64,000 nt of DNA from an uncultured Planctomycetota bacterium (GCA_963823665.1 CAWGMQ010000003.1:1664001-1728000); one strand, 5' to 3'; positions 50,528-62,043 are shown, counted from the first letter of the stretch. Translations and numbers: made by a program. Notes: generated from the letters alone by a model not told the origin.

Positions 50528-53129
50528 ATGCTGGCCTTGGCTGCCCCCCTGCTCTCTGCCATCCTGCTGGCGCAGCCCGTGCCGGAAGGCAAAGTCGCCG
50601 GCACCGTCGTTGACGAGCAGGCCAAACCAGTCGCCGGTGTCCAGGTCGTGCTGTACGCGCCGCCAATCGGCAACTTCAAGGGCGATCCGGTCGAGGCAAG
50701 ATCCCAGACCGACCCAGCCGGCCGATTCGATTTCACGGCGCCGCCGCTGGGCCGAATCTACCGGCGCGGAGTCCACATCTGCGCATTCAAAGCGGGATTC
50801 GCCATCGCTGCGGTCGAGTTTCAGCTCAACAAACCGCACCAGATCGTGCTCCGCAAACCCGAGACTCGCCGCGTGCGGGTCGAAGGGCCCGACGGCAAAC
50901 CGGTCGCGGGCGCACGCATCGAAGCCGCGTCTGATCTCGTTCTCAGGCGGAACGGGCACCGCCGATATCCCGGCCTCGCTAGCCTCTCCTCTGGCCGCGA
51001 CCACCGGAGCCGACGGCACCGCGACCCTCGCTTTCCTCCGCGATCGCGATCGTCTCGTGGCAGCACGCTTGAGAGCGGACCCAGTCGGCGAGCAAGACCT
51101 GCCCGTTGCGGAGGTAACCGCGGCAGGTAAAGCCCCATCCACCTTCGAGATCAAGCTCAAGAAGACCGGCCGGCTCACGGGCCGTATCGTTGACCTCACC
51201 GGCCGCGGTGTCGCCGGTCAAGCCGTCGAGATCTGGTCCAGAGGTGCCTCCGGCGGGTTCATTCCCAATCCAGTCGGCTTCACTAACGGTCCGCCCAGAA
51301 CGGGATCCGACGGCGCCTTCCAGACACCTGCAAATCTCCTGATCGGCTCATCCTACCGGGTCGTCATTCGCGAGCCCGGCAACGAGCCGATCATCTCCGA
51401 TTTCTTCCCGGTCACCGAGGATTCCGTCGCGATTCCCACCCTCGAGCTGCGACCACTGCGCACCGTTTCCGGCCGGGTGGTCGACCGGCAGGGTAATCCC
51501 GTTCCGGACGTCGAAGTCTTCCAATCGGGCGATGGTCCCAAGCGAACGTCTGTCCGGACCGACGGCTCGGGTCGCTTCGCGCTCGGAGGGTTCCCGATCG
51601 GAACCGCCTACGTCTTTGCTCGCGGCGAGGGCTTCCGATTCCACGGCAAGCTGCTCAAGCCAGGCGAAAAGGAGGTTCACGGTCGAGCTCACGCGGTCTA
51701 ACGAGCGACCCGCACTCGGGCTGACCAAGCTCCCCGACCCGATCCCGATCGAAGAATCACGCGCCATGGCCCGCCGGATCATGGAGCGGTGGTGGAACGC
51801 CGCCGTCGAAAAAAGAGACGAAGGCGGCAAGTTCTTCGTCATTCAATTTCTCCTGCCGGCCGACCCCCTCGGCGCGATGCAGAAGATGAGTGCCGTCAAG
51901 TTCTCTTCGGAGAAGCTGCGCGGAGCCGACTTCACAGCCTCGTGGCCCGCGCCGTGGCCCGCACGGATTTCGAGGAAGGCGAGACCCTGGCCGAGTCGAT
52001 CGCCGACCCGGGCATCCGCGCCGGAACGCTCGCACACCTTGCCGACTTGCTCCCCTCGCGCGAGAAACAACGAAAGCTCGCGATCCTCGAGCGTGCCCTG
52101 ATCCAGGCCAGGGCGACGAACAGGCCGAATACCCGCGTGTACCAGTCCGGCGAGGTTGCCGGCCGTCTGCTCGAGCTCGGCGAGACGTCAAAAGCCCGCG
52201 CCCTCTTCGCCGAGGCACTTGCACAAGCAAAGCAGTCGAAGGATGTGTCGTTCGGACGACGAGCCTTCACCGCGATGCTCGCGCGCATCGACCCGGCCGG
52301 AGCGATCGAGATGGCCAAGCAGGTTGCCGACGACCAGCTCTACGGGCCGCTCGCGCTCTCAAGCGTCGCGTTCGGCCTGCCGTGGGACAAGCCGGCCGAG
52401 GCCGATCGGTTCCTTAGCCTTTATCCCCCTGACAAGCCGCCGAGCTGGCTCGAGCCCGTGATCGCCTGGAAGATCGCAACGCTCGATCCCGCCCGTGCGC
52501 GGAAACTGATCGAATCCCAGCGTGGCGAGCCCGATTATGTGCAGCACGCTTTTTGCGTGGCCCTGGGAGCGAAGGGGCGAGACGAGCCCACCATGAACGC
52601 CGCCGTTCTCGGCGGGTTTGCAAGATCTCGATCGCGTGCTCGACAAGGAACCGCACATGCTGATGCAATACGGCGGGGCGGTACTGGCGATCGCCGAAGC
52701 CATCGACCCCGCCCTTGTGCCGGAGGTGATGTGGCGCCTGGTCTCCGCCCGGAACTTCCCCGGCAATCCGCGGGTCGTCGGGCGCCTATTCTCCGATGCC
52801 GCTCGTCGAGTGCATCGCCTGGTACGACCGGGCGCTTGCCGCCGCGCTCCTCGAGCCCACTCTGGCGCGCATGGACAAGATCAGCGATGCCGAGCTCGGT
52901 GGATTGGGACTGGGCATTCGAAACCTGGACCCTCATCGACCCCCGCGCCGCGGTCGCCCGACTTGAAAAGATCCCGATGCAGAGCACCAACCCGAACGAC
53001 AACCGGCTCTGGATCTACGTCGTCGAGAAGCTGGCCCTGGACCACGACGAGCGCTGGCGAAAGACCTTCAACCAGTGGGAACCCATCTTCAACCCCCACG
53101 TCCGCGATTTCATGCTTGATCGCTTCTGA
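50528..53129 (+). CDS. Exported carboxypeptidase-regulatory-like domain protein, paralog 4 (several frameshifts)
   Basis: SD AAGGAG; MLALAAPLLSAILLAQ; ends DFMLDRF; closest to paralog 3. Confidence 0.8.
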
Positions 53130-53138
53130 CCTCCAAAG

Positions 53139-54485
53139 TCAAAAAGTCCACCCCTCCTTCCGCTTCATCGCCTTCTGACAATATTCAATCATCCTTTCAA
53201 TATCGATGCTGCCCGAGGTATCCGGAATTTCATCCGGACAGCTCGCTTCCCCGGACGGCAATCCCAGCTCCTGGCGAAGCGGATCGCGATACCGCTTGAG
53301 CCACGACAGCCGCCGATTCGGATCGGAGAAAGCAAGCAAATAGTCGCAGCCGCACTCCGCCAGCGCGCGCCGCAGCTCCGGGTCGTCGCCCAGGTCCGAA
53401 CAGGCAAGCGTGAAAAAGTTGTCGAGCTTGAAATACTCGATGTCCCTTCGTGACAGACCAAGCTTATTTCGCAAACATTTCGCCTCGGGTGTGCCTTGCA
53501 TCGTGAGAAAGAGAAATGTCTTCACGAACACAAAGTCCGCGTAAAGCTCCACCACAAAGTATCCCACCTTCCTGTCGGGCTCGCCCACTTCGACGAGAAA
53601 GGCGTCGACACCTTCCGCGCGGTGAAGCACGGGCCGCGCCAGTGCCTCGATCATGGACCTGTGCAACACGCTGCGGTCCAGGACGATGGGTACCCGCTCA
53701 TGCAACCTTCGGATCGCATGTTCGCTCACGTAAACCGGCAGGTCGCGGTCGTTGTCGCCGATTCCGATCACGGTCGGGTTCCATAACAATCGTCGCGTTG
53801 TGCCGTCCACCGGATCGGATCGTTCACAAAGGTAGGCTCTGCGCCGCCCTTCCGCCACCGGCAACGAAAGCGGAAGCGGCCGTTTCCTTCCCACAACGAT
53901 TCGGAACGCGGGCCGGGCCGGATATCGGGGGTTCTGTTCGACTCGACACCAGACAACTCGCTCATCGACGCGCAGGAAGAGATCGGCTGCTCTGTTCAAC
54001 TGCCGCGTGACTCTCCGGAAAACATTGTTGAGGTGGTGTTTTTCGAAATGAGCCATCCGCCGCTGCGATTCCTCGAGACGCTCGATCATTGCCGGCTTGA
54101 CGGGCTCTTTTCGTTTGGGCGCATGCTCGCCCAGGAAATACACGAGGTCCCGGACGTTCACCAGCCCTCGAAAAACGTCGTCGAGCGAGACTTCGCAGTC
54201 GTGGCCGTCAAGCTTGAAGCGCAGCGGCATCGCCACCGCTCGTTCGAATAGTGCCTTCACTTCCTCGATTTCCGGGTCGTCTTTCGAGCACTCGGAAATA
54301 TCCACGTCGATTCGGGGCGCGATCACGAACAGGATCGAGGACCTCGGCAGCCAGTCGAGAGGCGTGAAGACCGATTTCAGCCCGAATAGATCGAGCAGCC
54401 GCTCGATAACGTCATACCTGCGGTCATCAGCCTGCCGCCGCTTCGCTTCCTTGTGACGCAGCTTTTGCTTTTTGGTTTTTTTCAT
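53139..54485 (-). CDS. Hypothetical protein
   Basis: Long uninterrupted ORF; LPVYVSEHAIRRLHER, KTFLFLTMQGTPE. Confidence 0.75.
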   Translation of the reverse strand: MKKTKKQKLRHKEAKRRQADDRRYDVIERLLDLFGLKSVFTPLDWLPRSSILFVIAPRIDVDISECSKDDPEIEEVKALFERAVAMPLRFKLDGHDCEVSLDDVFRGLVNVRDLVYFLGEHAPKRKEPVKPAMIERLEESQRRMAHFEKHHLNNVFRRVTRQLNRAADLFLRVDERVVWCRVEQNPRYPARPAFRIVVGRKRPLPLSLPVAEGRRRAYLCERSDPVDGTTRRLLWNPTVIGIGDNDRDLPVYVSEHAIRRLHERVPIVLDRSVLHRSMIEALARPVLHRAEGVDAFLVEVGEPDRKVGYFVVELYADFVFVKTFLFLTMQGTPEAKCLRNKLGLSRRDIEYFKLDNFFTLACSDLGDDPELRRALAECGCDYLLAFSDPNRRLSWLKRYRDPLRQELGLPSGEASCPDEIPDTSGSIDIERMIEYCQKAMKRKEGWTF

Positions 54486-54547
54486 GATCGATCGGGCCTG
54501 GTTATTGCGATTTCCGCCAAACCAGGCAAGATCGATTTCAGGTGCGA

Positions 54548-55312
54548 TCAAGCCGTCGCCCCGCCGTCCACCACGAAAACCTGGCCGGTTACGAACGAAG
54601 CTTGATCGGAAGCGAGGAAAACCGCTAAACCCGTGACATCCTCCGGCTGCCCCAGCCGCCTGATCGGCTGCGCGCCCACTAATTGCTGACGGCGCGACTC
54701 GTCTTCCCAGAAATAAGCACTGAAATCCGTTTGAATCAAGCCAGGCGCCAGCGCGTTGACCCGAATGCCATGCACCCCAAACTCGCGCGCCGAGGAGCGC
54801 GTCATCATGATCAGACCCGCCTTCGTGAAGCTGTACAGCATCCCCATCGGTTGGGGTCGCAGCCCGGATATCGAGCTCACGTTGATGATTGACCCGACGC
54901 GCCGATCCTCGATCATCCGCGGCACCGTGAGCCGCACCAACCGCAGCGCCGCCTTGATATTGATCTCGATCATCTTGTCCAGCATCTCATCCGTGACATC
55001 CAGCGACGCCCCCTGCCCCACATTCGTCGCGCTATTGTTCACCAGAATATCAACCGGACCCAGCCGGCCCTCGGTCTGCTTCACGAGCGCCTCGACTTGC
55101 TCCACTCGTCCCAGGTGGCAAACGATCGGAACCACTTTGCCCGCAAGATTCGCCAGTTCTTCCGCCGCGGCATCCAGGTTCTCTTTCTTGCGGCTGGCAA
55201 TCACGACATTCGCTCCCGCCTCCGCAAGCCGCCCTGCAATCGCCTTGCCGATTCCGCGGCCGCCGCCGGTTACGAGCGCAACCTTGCCGGTCAAGTCAAT
55301 CGCGTTGCTCAT
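54548..55312 (-). CDS. SDR family oxidoreductase
   Basis: [13 protein letters not shown] (YxxxK), VNALAPG, VDGG. Confidence 0.93.
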   Translation of the reverse strand: MSNAIDLTGKVALVTGGGRGIGKAIAGRLAEAGANVVIASRKKENLDAAAEELANLAGKVVPIVCHLGRVEQVEALVKQTEGRLGPVDILVNNSATNVGQGASLDVTDEMLDKMIEINIKAALRLVRLTVPRMIEDRRVGSIINVSSISGLRPQPMGMLYSFTKAGLIMMTRSSAREFGVHGIRVNALAPGLIQTDFSAYFWEDESRRQQLVGAQPIRRLGQPEDVTGLAVFLASDQASFVTGQVFVVDGGATA

Positions 55313-55336
55313 AGTGACTCCTTTGCCCCATATGCG

Positions 55337-56407
55337 TCAAAACCGCCGGGTATCGATCGCACGCACCGCACCGAGCCCCAGCGCGGCAACCAGTTTGTTG
55401 AACCCGGCAAACCGCGGGTCCTTGGTCATTCCACGAACATATCGGGCGTAGATCTGCTGCGCGATCACGGCGACCTTGAATAGACCGCAAACGTAACAAA
55501 ACAGCATGCTGGAAACATCCCGGCCCGTCATCCGGGCGTAGCGCTCGACAATCTCCAAACGGCTCAGGCTGCCGGGCGCCTCGGTCGGCCCGACGATGTG
55601 GAAGTGCAGCGGCTCGGGATCGGACGCCTGGGTCCAGTACGCAAGAGTTGTCCCGAGATCCATGAGCGGATCGCCAATCGTGGCCATTTCCCAGTCGAGC
55701 AGCGCCACGATGTGCGTCAAGTCCGCCGGATCCAGCACGAGATTGTCGAACTTGAAATCGTTGTGAATCAAGCTCGATCCGCCCGATTCGGCCGGAATGT
55801 TCTCGGCCAGCCAAGCCGCAGCTCGCTCCACATCGGGCATCTCGTCCGTGCGGGCGTCTTGATAACGCTTGATCCAGCCTGTCACCTGGCGTAGGGCATA
55901 TCCTTGCGGCTTGCCCAGCTCGGCCAACCCCGCCGCGCCATAGTCGAGCGCATGCAGCTCGGCCATGCGATCGACCAGGGTCTCGCAAAGCCGCCGGACC
56001 AGCTCGGGGGCCAGCGGGCGGTCAGCCGAAGGCGACCCGCGCAAGATCACCCCGCGGCGGCGCTCCATCAGATAGAACGGAGCGCCGAGGACCGATTCGT
56101 CCTCACAATGAAGCACAGGCTGCGGGGCAAGTGGATAAACGGTGTGCAGCCGCGACAGGATGCGATACTCGCGGCCCATGTCGTGCGCCGTCTTGACCCG
56201 GTTCCCGAACGGCGGACGCCGCAGCACCCATTCATCGGCCCCGACCTTGATCAAGTAAGTCAAGTTCGAGTGCCCGTGCAGGAACTGCTCGACGGAAACC
56301 GGCTCATTGGCGCGTGGAAGGTGCGCGGCCAGATAGGCGCTCAGTTTCTCGATGTCGAGCTGCTCGCCGTCACGCACCGGCCGCGCCTGGTCGATCGAGA
56401 AGCTCAT
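55337..56407 (-). CDS. APH-like phosphotransferase (ACAD10/11 kinase-type)
   Basis: GHSNLTY, VLRRPP, HDMGREY, HNDFKFDN, LDWEMAT.GDP. Confidence 0.92.
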   Translation of the reverse strand: MSFSIDQARPVRDGEQLDIEKLSAYLAAHLPRANEPVSVEQFLHGHSNLTYLIKVGADEWVLRRPPFGNRVKTAHDMGREYRILSRLHTVYPLAPQPVLHCEDESVLGAPFYLMERRRGVILRGSPSADRPLAPELVRRLCETLVDRMAELHALDYGAAGLAELGKPQGYALRQVTGWIKRYQDARTDEMPDVERAAAWLAENIPAESGGSSLIHNDFKFDNLVLDPADLTHIVALLDWEMATIGDPLMDLGTTLAYWTQASDPEPLHFHIVGPTEAPGSLSRLEIVERYARMTGRDVSSMLFCYVCGLFKVAVIAQQIYARYVRGMTKDPRFAGFNKLVAALGLGAVRAIDTRRF

Positions 56408-57605
56408 GCGCCACCTCGCTGGTAGCCGTGTAAGATTCGCTTGGTCACCACCACCTTGTGCACTTCATCAGGGCCATCGTAAATGCGGGCCGCGCGCTCC
56501 TGGCGATAGAACCAGGAGAGAACCGTGTCGTCGCTGATCCCGAGCGCCCCGTGAACCTGGACGGCCCGATCGACCACTTCCTGCATCACGCCCGCAACGT
56601 GGAACTTGATCAGCGAGATCGCTTCGCGGGCCCCGGCCATCCCCTGTGTGTCGATCGTCCAGGCCGCATGCAGCACCAGGAGCCGCGCCGCGTCGATGGC
56701 CGCCCGGCTTTCGGCAATCCAGCCCTGCACAATTTGCCGGCTACCGAGTGTATCGCCGGGGGCCAGCTCACGCGACGCGGCCCGACCGCACATAAGCTCA
56801 AGCGAGCGCCGGCACACCCCGATCCAGCGCATGCAATGCTGAATTCGCCCTGGTCCAAGCCGGGCTTGTGCCATGGCAAACCCTTGTCCTTCTTCGCCCA
56901 GCAGATTCTCTCGCGGCACGCGGCAATCGTTGAAGAGTAGCTCGCCGTGGCTCGCCCAATCGTCGCCAGCGTGCCCCATGCACGAAATGTTGCGCACGCG
57001 GCGGAAGCCGGGTGTGTCGGTCGGGACGATGATCATGCTCGCGCGCGATGGGGATCGGCATCGGCATCGGTCACCGCCATCACAATCGCGAACCGCGCCC
57101 CATCGGCCGCCGAGGCAAACCACTTGCGACCGTTCAATACATACTCGTCGCCCTGTCGCTGCGCCGTCGTTCCCATCCACACCGGGTTCGACCCCGGATG
57201 GTCGGGCTCGGTCATGGCAAAGCAACTGCGAATCTCGCCCGCGACGAGCGGTAGCAACCAGCGCTCTCGCTGCGCAGGCGTGCCAAACTCCCGGAGGATC
57301 TCCATATTGCCCGCGTCCGGCGCCTGGGCATTGAACGCGTAATGCCCCAGCGGGCTGCGACCGAGTTCTTCACCCACCAGGGCATACTCAACGCAATTAA
57401 GCCCGAGCCCAGCGCAATCCTTCGGAACGTGCGGCGCCCATAAGCCCATCTGCTTGACCTGCTGGCGAACCCGGTTGAGCGAAGGGACGAGCTGCGCGAA
57501 CGGCCCCGACAAGAGCGCCGGCTCGAGGGGAATCACTTCACTCTCGATCAGCTTGTGCACCCTGGGCAGCACGTCTTCGATCGATCGCGGTATCGAGAAG
57601 TCCAT
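56404..57605 (-). CDS. Acyl-CoA dehydrogenase (ACAD10/11-type; frameshift near 57045)
   Basis: QAPDAGNMEIL, FAMTEP, QARLGPGRIQHCMR, RIYDGPDEVH. Confidence 0.92.
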
Positions 57606-57985
57606 GGCGCGCCTCACGCGACGGGTCAGGGGCCCGACGAAATCGATCGACCCTCCCCGCAGCAATTCGACGTCCGTGAGAAGGTCCGCATTAGCCGTGC
57701 AGATGGCCCACCAGAGGTTACTCGTTTGGCGCACTTTGGGAAACCACCTCACCCCCCCGTCCGCCGGATAAAGTCTCGAGCGTTCGTCAAGTTCATGACG
57801 ATGGGCGACCGCCGGGCGAGCGACGTCTCCACCGGTCCCATTATTCTCCGAATCCGGAAAAGTTTTCGTTGACTGCCGATCTTTCCAGATTAATGATGGA
57901 GAGGTGGTGAAACGACCGACGTGAGGCGTTCACTGATTCCACTCTGAGTTGGACCTGTTCTCGGTGATCTCGCGAGGAATTCACA

Positions 57986-58372
57986 ATGGTAATGGTCAGA
58001 ACGGTGCCGTGTCCGACGTGGGGCGGGATTACTCTTCCACCAGGTATACTCCAGCCGAACACCCAGTACCCTTTCATCGTTTATGGCTCGGGCCTTCATG
58101 CTGCCTACGTTGCCGGCGCCATCTTCAGCCCTCTAATCGTCGACTATAACAATCTCTCGTCCCTGTCGTGGGGAAGCTACTCATACGAGCCCCCTGTACC
58201 GGGCAGCGGGGGTGGTCAGGACCAATTGACCATCTACTCGAGCTACACGGTGGCGTCGGGCACAACGCCGAATCCCAGCGGCATCCTGACGATCACAGTC
58301 ACAATCACGTCTCCGCCCAATACCTGCGGCATCGGGAGTTGGCCGAACCAAGAGGTGACTTATAGTGTCTAA
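57986..58372 (+). CDS. Ser/Thr/Pro-rich hypothetical protein
   Basis: 128-aa ORF filling the intergenic gap; beta-rich composition. Confidence 0.5.
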   Translation: MVMVRTVPCPTWGGITLPPGILQPNTQYPFIVYGSGLHAAYVAGAIFSPLIVDYNNLSSLSWGSYSYEPPVPGSGGGQDQLTIYSSYTVASGTTPNPSGILTITVTITSPPNTCGIGSWPNQEVTYSV

Positions 58373-58392
58373 CGAGCGTGATTCCGCACCGA

Positions 58393-60879
58393 TCAGGGCT
58401 TGGATGCGTCTCTTGAGCGGATCTCGTCCCGACCGCGAGTCGCGGCGTCGAGCAGATTCCGATACATCGTGACGCGGGGAAAGGCCTCGACCAGGCTCGA
58501 CGACTCTGCGATGGCATGCTCGAAGTGGTCCGTGGCCAGGGATCGGCGCTCGGAATCCGACGCGAGCAGCAGTCCGAGTTCGAGCTCCGCCTGCGAGCGT
58601 GCATACGATATGCTCGGTAGCAACGCGGGAACGTTTTTCTGGGACGGCGAGGAGGCCGCGCCGAGTTGCTTCAGAATCGATTTCGCAACGTCGATCGATT
58701 GCCGAAGCCGCTGCTCGGCCTGCTTGGGATGGCCGGATTGCCGCAGTGCTTTGCCCCAGTTGTCGAGCGCCAGTAATAACAGGGTCGCATTACGCGCTCC
58801 ATCGGTCGGGTGCCCCGTCAAGCCGCCGAAGATCCGCGCCGCGATCTCGGCCGAGCGACAAGCTTCGTCCGTCTGCCGCAGGTCGATCTGCACCTGCGCG
58901 AGGCACAACAGGCCCATGGCCCGCGCCAGATAGCAGTTTTGGTCGTTGGGCCTCCGTTTGAGCAGCCGATCAGCGATGGCCACGGCGCCCAAGCAGGTTT
59001 GCTCTGCCTTCTGCAATTCGCCTTCCGCGCGCTCGAATTCACCCCGGTCCGCCAGGGTCAACGCGAGATTGAGCTCGTCGTTCATGTCCCCGGGGAATTC
59101 GGCGAGAAGTCGTTCGCCAAGCGCGATCGATTGGCCGTACGACCTGGCGGCGTCCTTGGGCAAGTTGAGCATGCGCTCGATGTTCGCCACCTTGCGGTAG
59201 GTCAAAGCCGCCTCGCGAATGACGGCCGGGTCGCGTGGTCGCTGCCGGAGAATACGTTCGTTGAACTCCGACACGTCCTTTGCCACATGGAGCCGCAGCT
59301 CCTCCGCTTGCGGCACGGCCGCCAGCGGTCCTTCCGCGGCCTCCGAAAGCACCCGATTCACCGCCTCACGAGCCAACACGAAATTATCCTCCGCAACGGC
59401 GCGCTCTCGCCCGACGCGCACCACGTCCACGCATAAGCCGATCACGACACACACCACCAGCACTGCTGCGGCGGCCACGAGCGGCTTATGGCGTCTGATC
59501 CAGCGGCCGAGGCGGACGAACAGAGGTTCTCGATAAACCGAGACGGGCGCGTCGGCGAGCCATCGCTCGATATCTTCAGCCAGGGCTCGGGCTGTCTTGT
59601 AGCGGTGCTCCGGCTCAAGCGCCATCGCCTTGAGGCACACGGCCTCGAGCGCCGCCGGAACAGCCGCCTCGAGCTCTCGCGGCTTGCGGAAACCCCCCGA
59701 GCGAACCTTCGTGAGTATGGACACAGCATCGTTTGACTCACCCTGGAATGGGGCCTTGCCGGTGAGTAGGCAATAGAGCGTCGCACCCAGCCCATAGATG
59801 TCGCTGGCAAAGCTCACCCGCTCAATAGCACCGGAGGCTTGCTCGGGGCTCATGTAGCTGGGCGTTCCGACTGCCCCCACAGTTGGTGTCCCCTGATCAC
59901 TTCGGCTCGAGAGTCGTGACGTTATCTCGCGCTCGTCCGCCGCTACCTCGGGCCGGCCAATCGATTTCGCCAGTCCCCAGTCGACCACCAGCGTCTCACC
60001 ATACGGACCGAGCATGATGTTCGCGGGCTTGATGTCGCGATGGACGACGCCCCGATTGTGGGCATACGAGATGGCGTTGCACACATCCAGGAACCTCCTC
60101 AGGAGGTTCGGCAGCGCGAGAGCCGGCGCAGCAGCGTCTCCGCCCGAGTTGCTCCTCTCTGCGTGGTGCCTGGCAATCGCCGTCCTGAGACTTTCGCCCT
60201 CGATGAACCGCATGGCGTACTCGGGCCGGCCGTCGCCAAACTTGCACAAGCCGTACACGGGGACAATGCCCGGATGCTCGAGTCTCCCGGTGATCTCAGC
60301 CTCTCTGACGAATCGCACGCGACAATTGGGGTCGCACGCGGCTTCATCCTTCATTCGCTTGAGTGCGACATCGCGATTCAGCTCCTCGTCCCGAGCGACA
60401 AAGATCGCGCCAAGAGCCCCCTCGGCGTGAAACCGCAGAATGCGGAATCGGCCGCCGGACCGCGCAGACACCTCCGGTTCGTACGACACCGTGCCATCGC
60501 TCGCATCGGTCGTACCAAGAGGGTCGTAACTGTCCTCTGGCAACTTCACAGTCGAGAGCAGGCCGAGCGTCTCCTGGGCATCCGGGTCAAGGCTCCGCTC
60601 GAGCTCGGACCGCACGCGATCGTGGAGGCCCAGCGTTGCCACCACCCAGCGCTCCAGCCTCCGGCCGTCGTCTTGCCGATGAACCGCCACGAGTGCATCG
60701 ATCGCATTCTTCCGGTCTTGATCGAGATCACCGCAAGCGACGAGGTACGCCGCCAGCGATTGGCTTTTGTCGCGCTCCCAGCCATGAAACGCGGTGACCA
60801 GGCCCGATTGGTCAATGAATCCGTTCTGCAGCGCAACGAGACCGAACAGCAGATCGCGGTTCACTTCGCCTTTGGCCAT
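58393..60879 (-). CDS. Hanks-type Ser/Thr protein kinase with TM and TPR-like C-terminus
   Basis: VALK, HRDIKPAN, DWGLAK, GTPSYMSPEQ, SDIYGLG. Confidence 0.95.
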   Translation of the reverse strand: MAKGEVNRDLLFGLVALQNGFIDQSGLVTAFHGWERDKSQSLAAYLVACGDLDQDRKNAIDALVAVHRQDDGRRLERWVVATLGLHDRVRSELERSLDPDAQETLGLLSTVKLPEDSYDPLGTTDASDGTVSYEPEVSARSGGRFRILRFHAEGALGAIFVARDEELNRDVALKRMKDEAACDPNCRVRFVREAEITGRLEHPGIVPVYGLCKFGDGRPEYAMRFIEGESLRTAIARHHAERSNSGGDAAAPALALPNLLRRFLDVCNAISYAHNRGVVHRDIKPANIMLGPYGETLVVDWGLAKSIGRPEVAADEREITSRLSSRSDQGTPTVGAVGTPSYMSPEQASGAIERVSFASDIYGLGATLYCLLTGKAPFQGESNDAVSILTKVRSGGFRKPRELEAAVPAALEAVCLKAMALEPEHRYKTARALAEDIERWLADAPVSVYREPLFVRLGRWIRRHKPLVAAAAVLVVCVVIGLCVDVVRVGRERAVAEDNFVLAREAVNRVLSEAAEGPLAAVPQAEELRLHVAKDVSEFNERILRQRPRDPAVIREAALTYRKVANIERMLNLPKDAARSYGQSIALGERLLAEFPGDMNDELNLALTLADRGEFERAEGELQKAEQTCLGAVAIADRLLKRRPNDQNCYLARAMGLLCLAQVQIDLRQTDEACRSAEIAARIFGGLTGHPTDGARNATLLLLALDNWGKALRQSGHPKQAEQRLRQSIDVAKSILKQLGAASSPSQKNVPALLPSISYARSQAELELGLLLASDSERRSLATDHFEHAIAESSSLVEAFPRVTMYRNLLDAATRGRDEIRSRDASKP

Positions 60880-61044
60880 GATTGGCGATGCTCCCGGGTG
60901 TCGGCGCGTTCCGATTGCGCCGTCGCGCGGACATCACTGCGGAAAGGCTCGTGCCTCTCAAGTCGGAACGCTCGATTCTTGGATTGTACACCACTCCTCC
61001 ATTCGCATCTCCATTCCGGCGTCACACAGCACCACGCCATTTCC

Positions 61045-61170
61045 CCAAGCTTGACCTTCTTCACGATGCCCATCGGGGAGATCTGGGCGAGAAAAGGTGG
61101 ATCCGTTACATATTTTTCGGTGAACCAGAAGTTTCCGTCCGCCCCGGCAGCGAACGAAGCGACGGGATAG
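61045..61170 (-). pseudogene. Isolated Vgb-like (virginiamycin B lyase-type) propeller repeat fragment
   Basis: AAGADGNFWFTE...LAQISPMGIV with no surrounding ORF. Confidence 0.45.
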
Positions 61171-61278
61171 GGCGCTCGAATTGTGGAGTCAGCGAAAGAG
61201 ACTTGACGCCGGTTGGTTGCCCCGTGTTATGATCACTTTGCATTGCAAAGTTGCCGATCGTCAGGCCGCAGGTTCCTC

Positions 61279-62043
61279 ATGCACGCCTTCAAACGAAAGC
61301 AAGCTCTCGGAGCGGAAGTCACAGAGCGTCGGTTCGTCGTCGTCGTCCACGATGTGTGCCCGATTCACTCGGATGAAGTCCAGGAACTTTTTGCAGCTCT
61401 CGAGCCCCTGGTAGGACGTAGCATCTCGGCGGCGGTCGTACCCAACTGGCACGGAGCGCTTTTTGACACAGAGCTTGGTTTCGCCAAGTGGGTGATGCGC
61501 CAATTTGGCGAAATCCTCCTTCATGGCTGGACACACGAGCGAGAAGCAGGTCGCGGGTTCGTTTCGTACTGCACGAGCGCTTCGGACGAGTTCACGGCGC
61601 TCAGCCACGACGAAACGAGCTCACGAGTTAGGCTCGGGCAAAATCAACTGAAAAACCTTTTCGGACACCGAAGTGCGGGATTCGTTCCGCCGGCGTGGCA
61701 ACGAGGTCTCGTCGACCGGAAAACGCTCTGCGAGCACGGGCTGGAATTTCTATTTGGATATATGGCAATTGATTTCGTAGACGGCAGGCGGATTCCCCTC
61801 TCGACCATCACCTGGGATGTCGGCCGATTCGGGCGATTGGGCTACGTTGCGGAGAGCATCGGGTGTGTTCTTGGCCGGGTTCGCGATCGCAGCCTGCGCT
61901 GCCTGGCTGCTCATCCCGTCGACGCTTCGCGAGGATACCTGCCGAGAATCGTCCGCACGGTGGATTCTTGGCTGCAATCCGGCCGCACACCGATTCTGCC
62001 GAGCGAGCTCCTGGCTCTGACCGACGAGGGTTCTTCATCGTGA
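61279..62043 (+). CDS. DUF2334 / polysaccharide deacetylase-like protein
   Basis: VHDVCP, AVVPNWHG, LHGWTH, GFVPPAW. Confidence 0.8.
   Translation: MHAFKRKQALGAEVTERRFVVVVHDVCPIHSDEVQELFAALEPLVGRSISAAVVPNWHGALFDTELGFAKWVMRQFGEILLHGWTHEREAGRGFVSYCTSASDEFTALSHDETSSRVRLGQNQLKNLFGHRSAGFVPPAWQRGLVDRKTLCEHGLEFLFGYMAIDFVDGRRIPLSTITWDVGRFGRLGYVAESIGCVLGRVRDRSLRCLAAHPVDASRGYLPRIVRTVDSWLQSGRTPILPSELLALTDEGSSS

Noticed and set aside
41132..53129. Diversity-generating retroelement or programmed frameshifting among the paralogs
   Set aside because: No reverse transcriptase, no near-identical TR/VR pair with adenine-specific differences seen, and frameshifts fall at unrelated positions as elsewhere in the window
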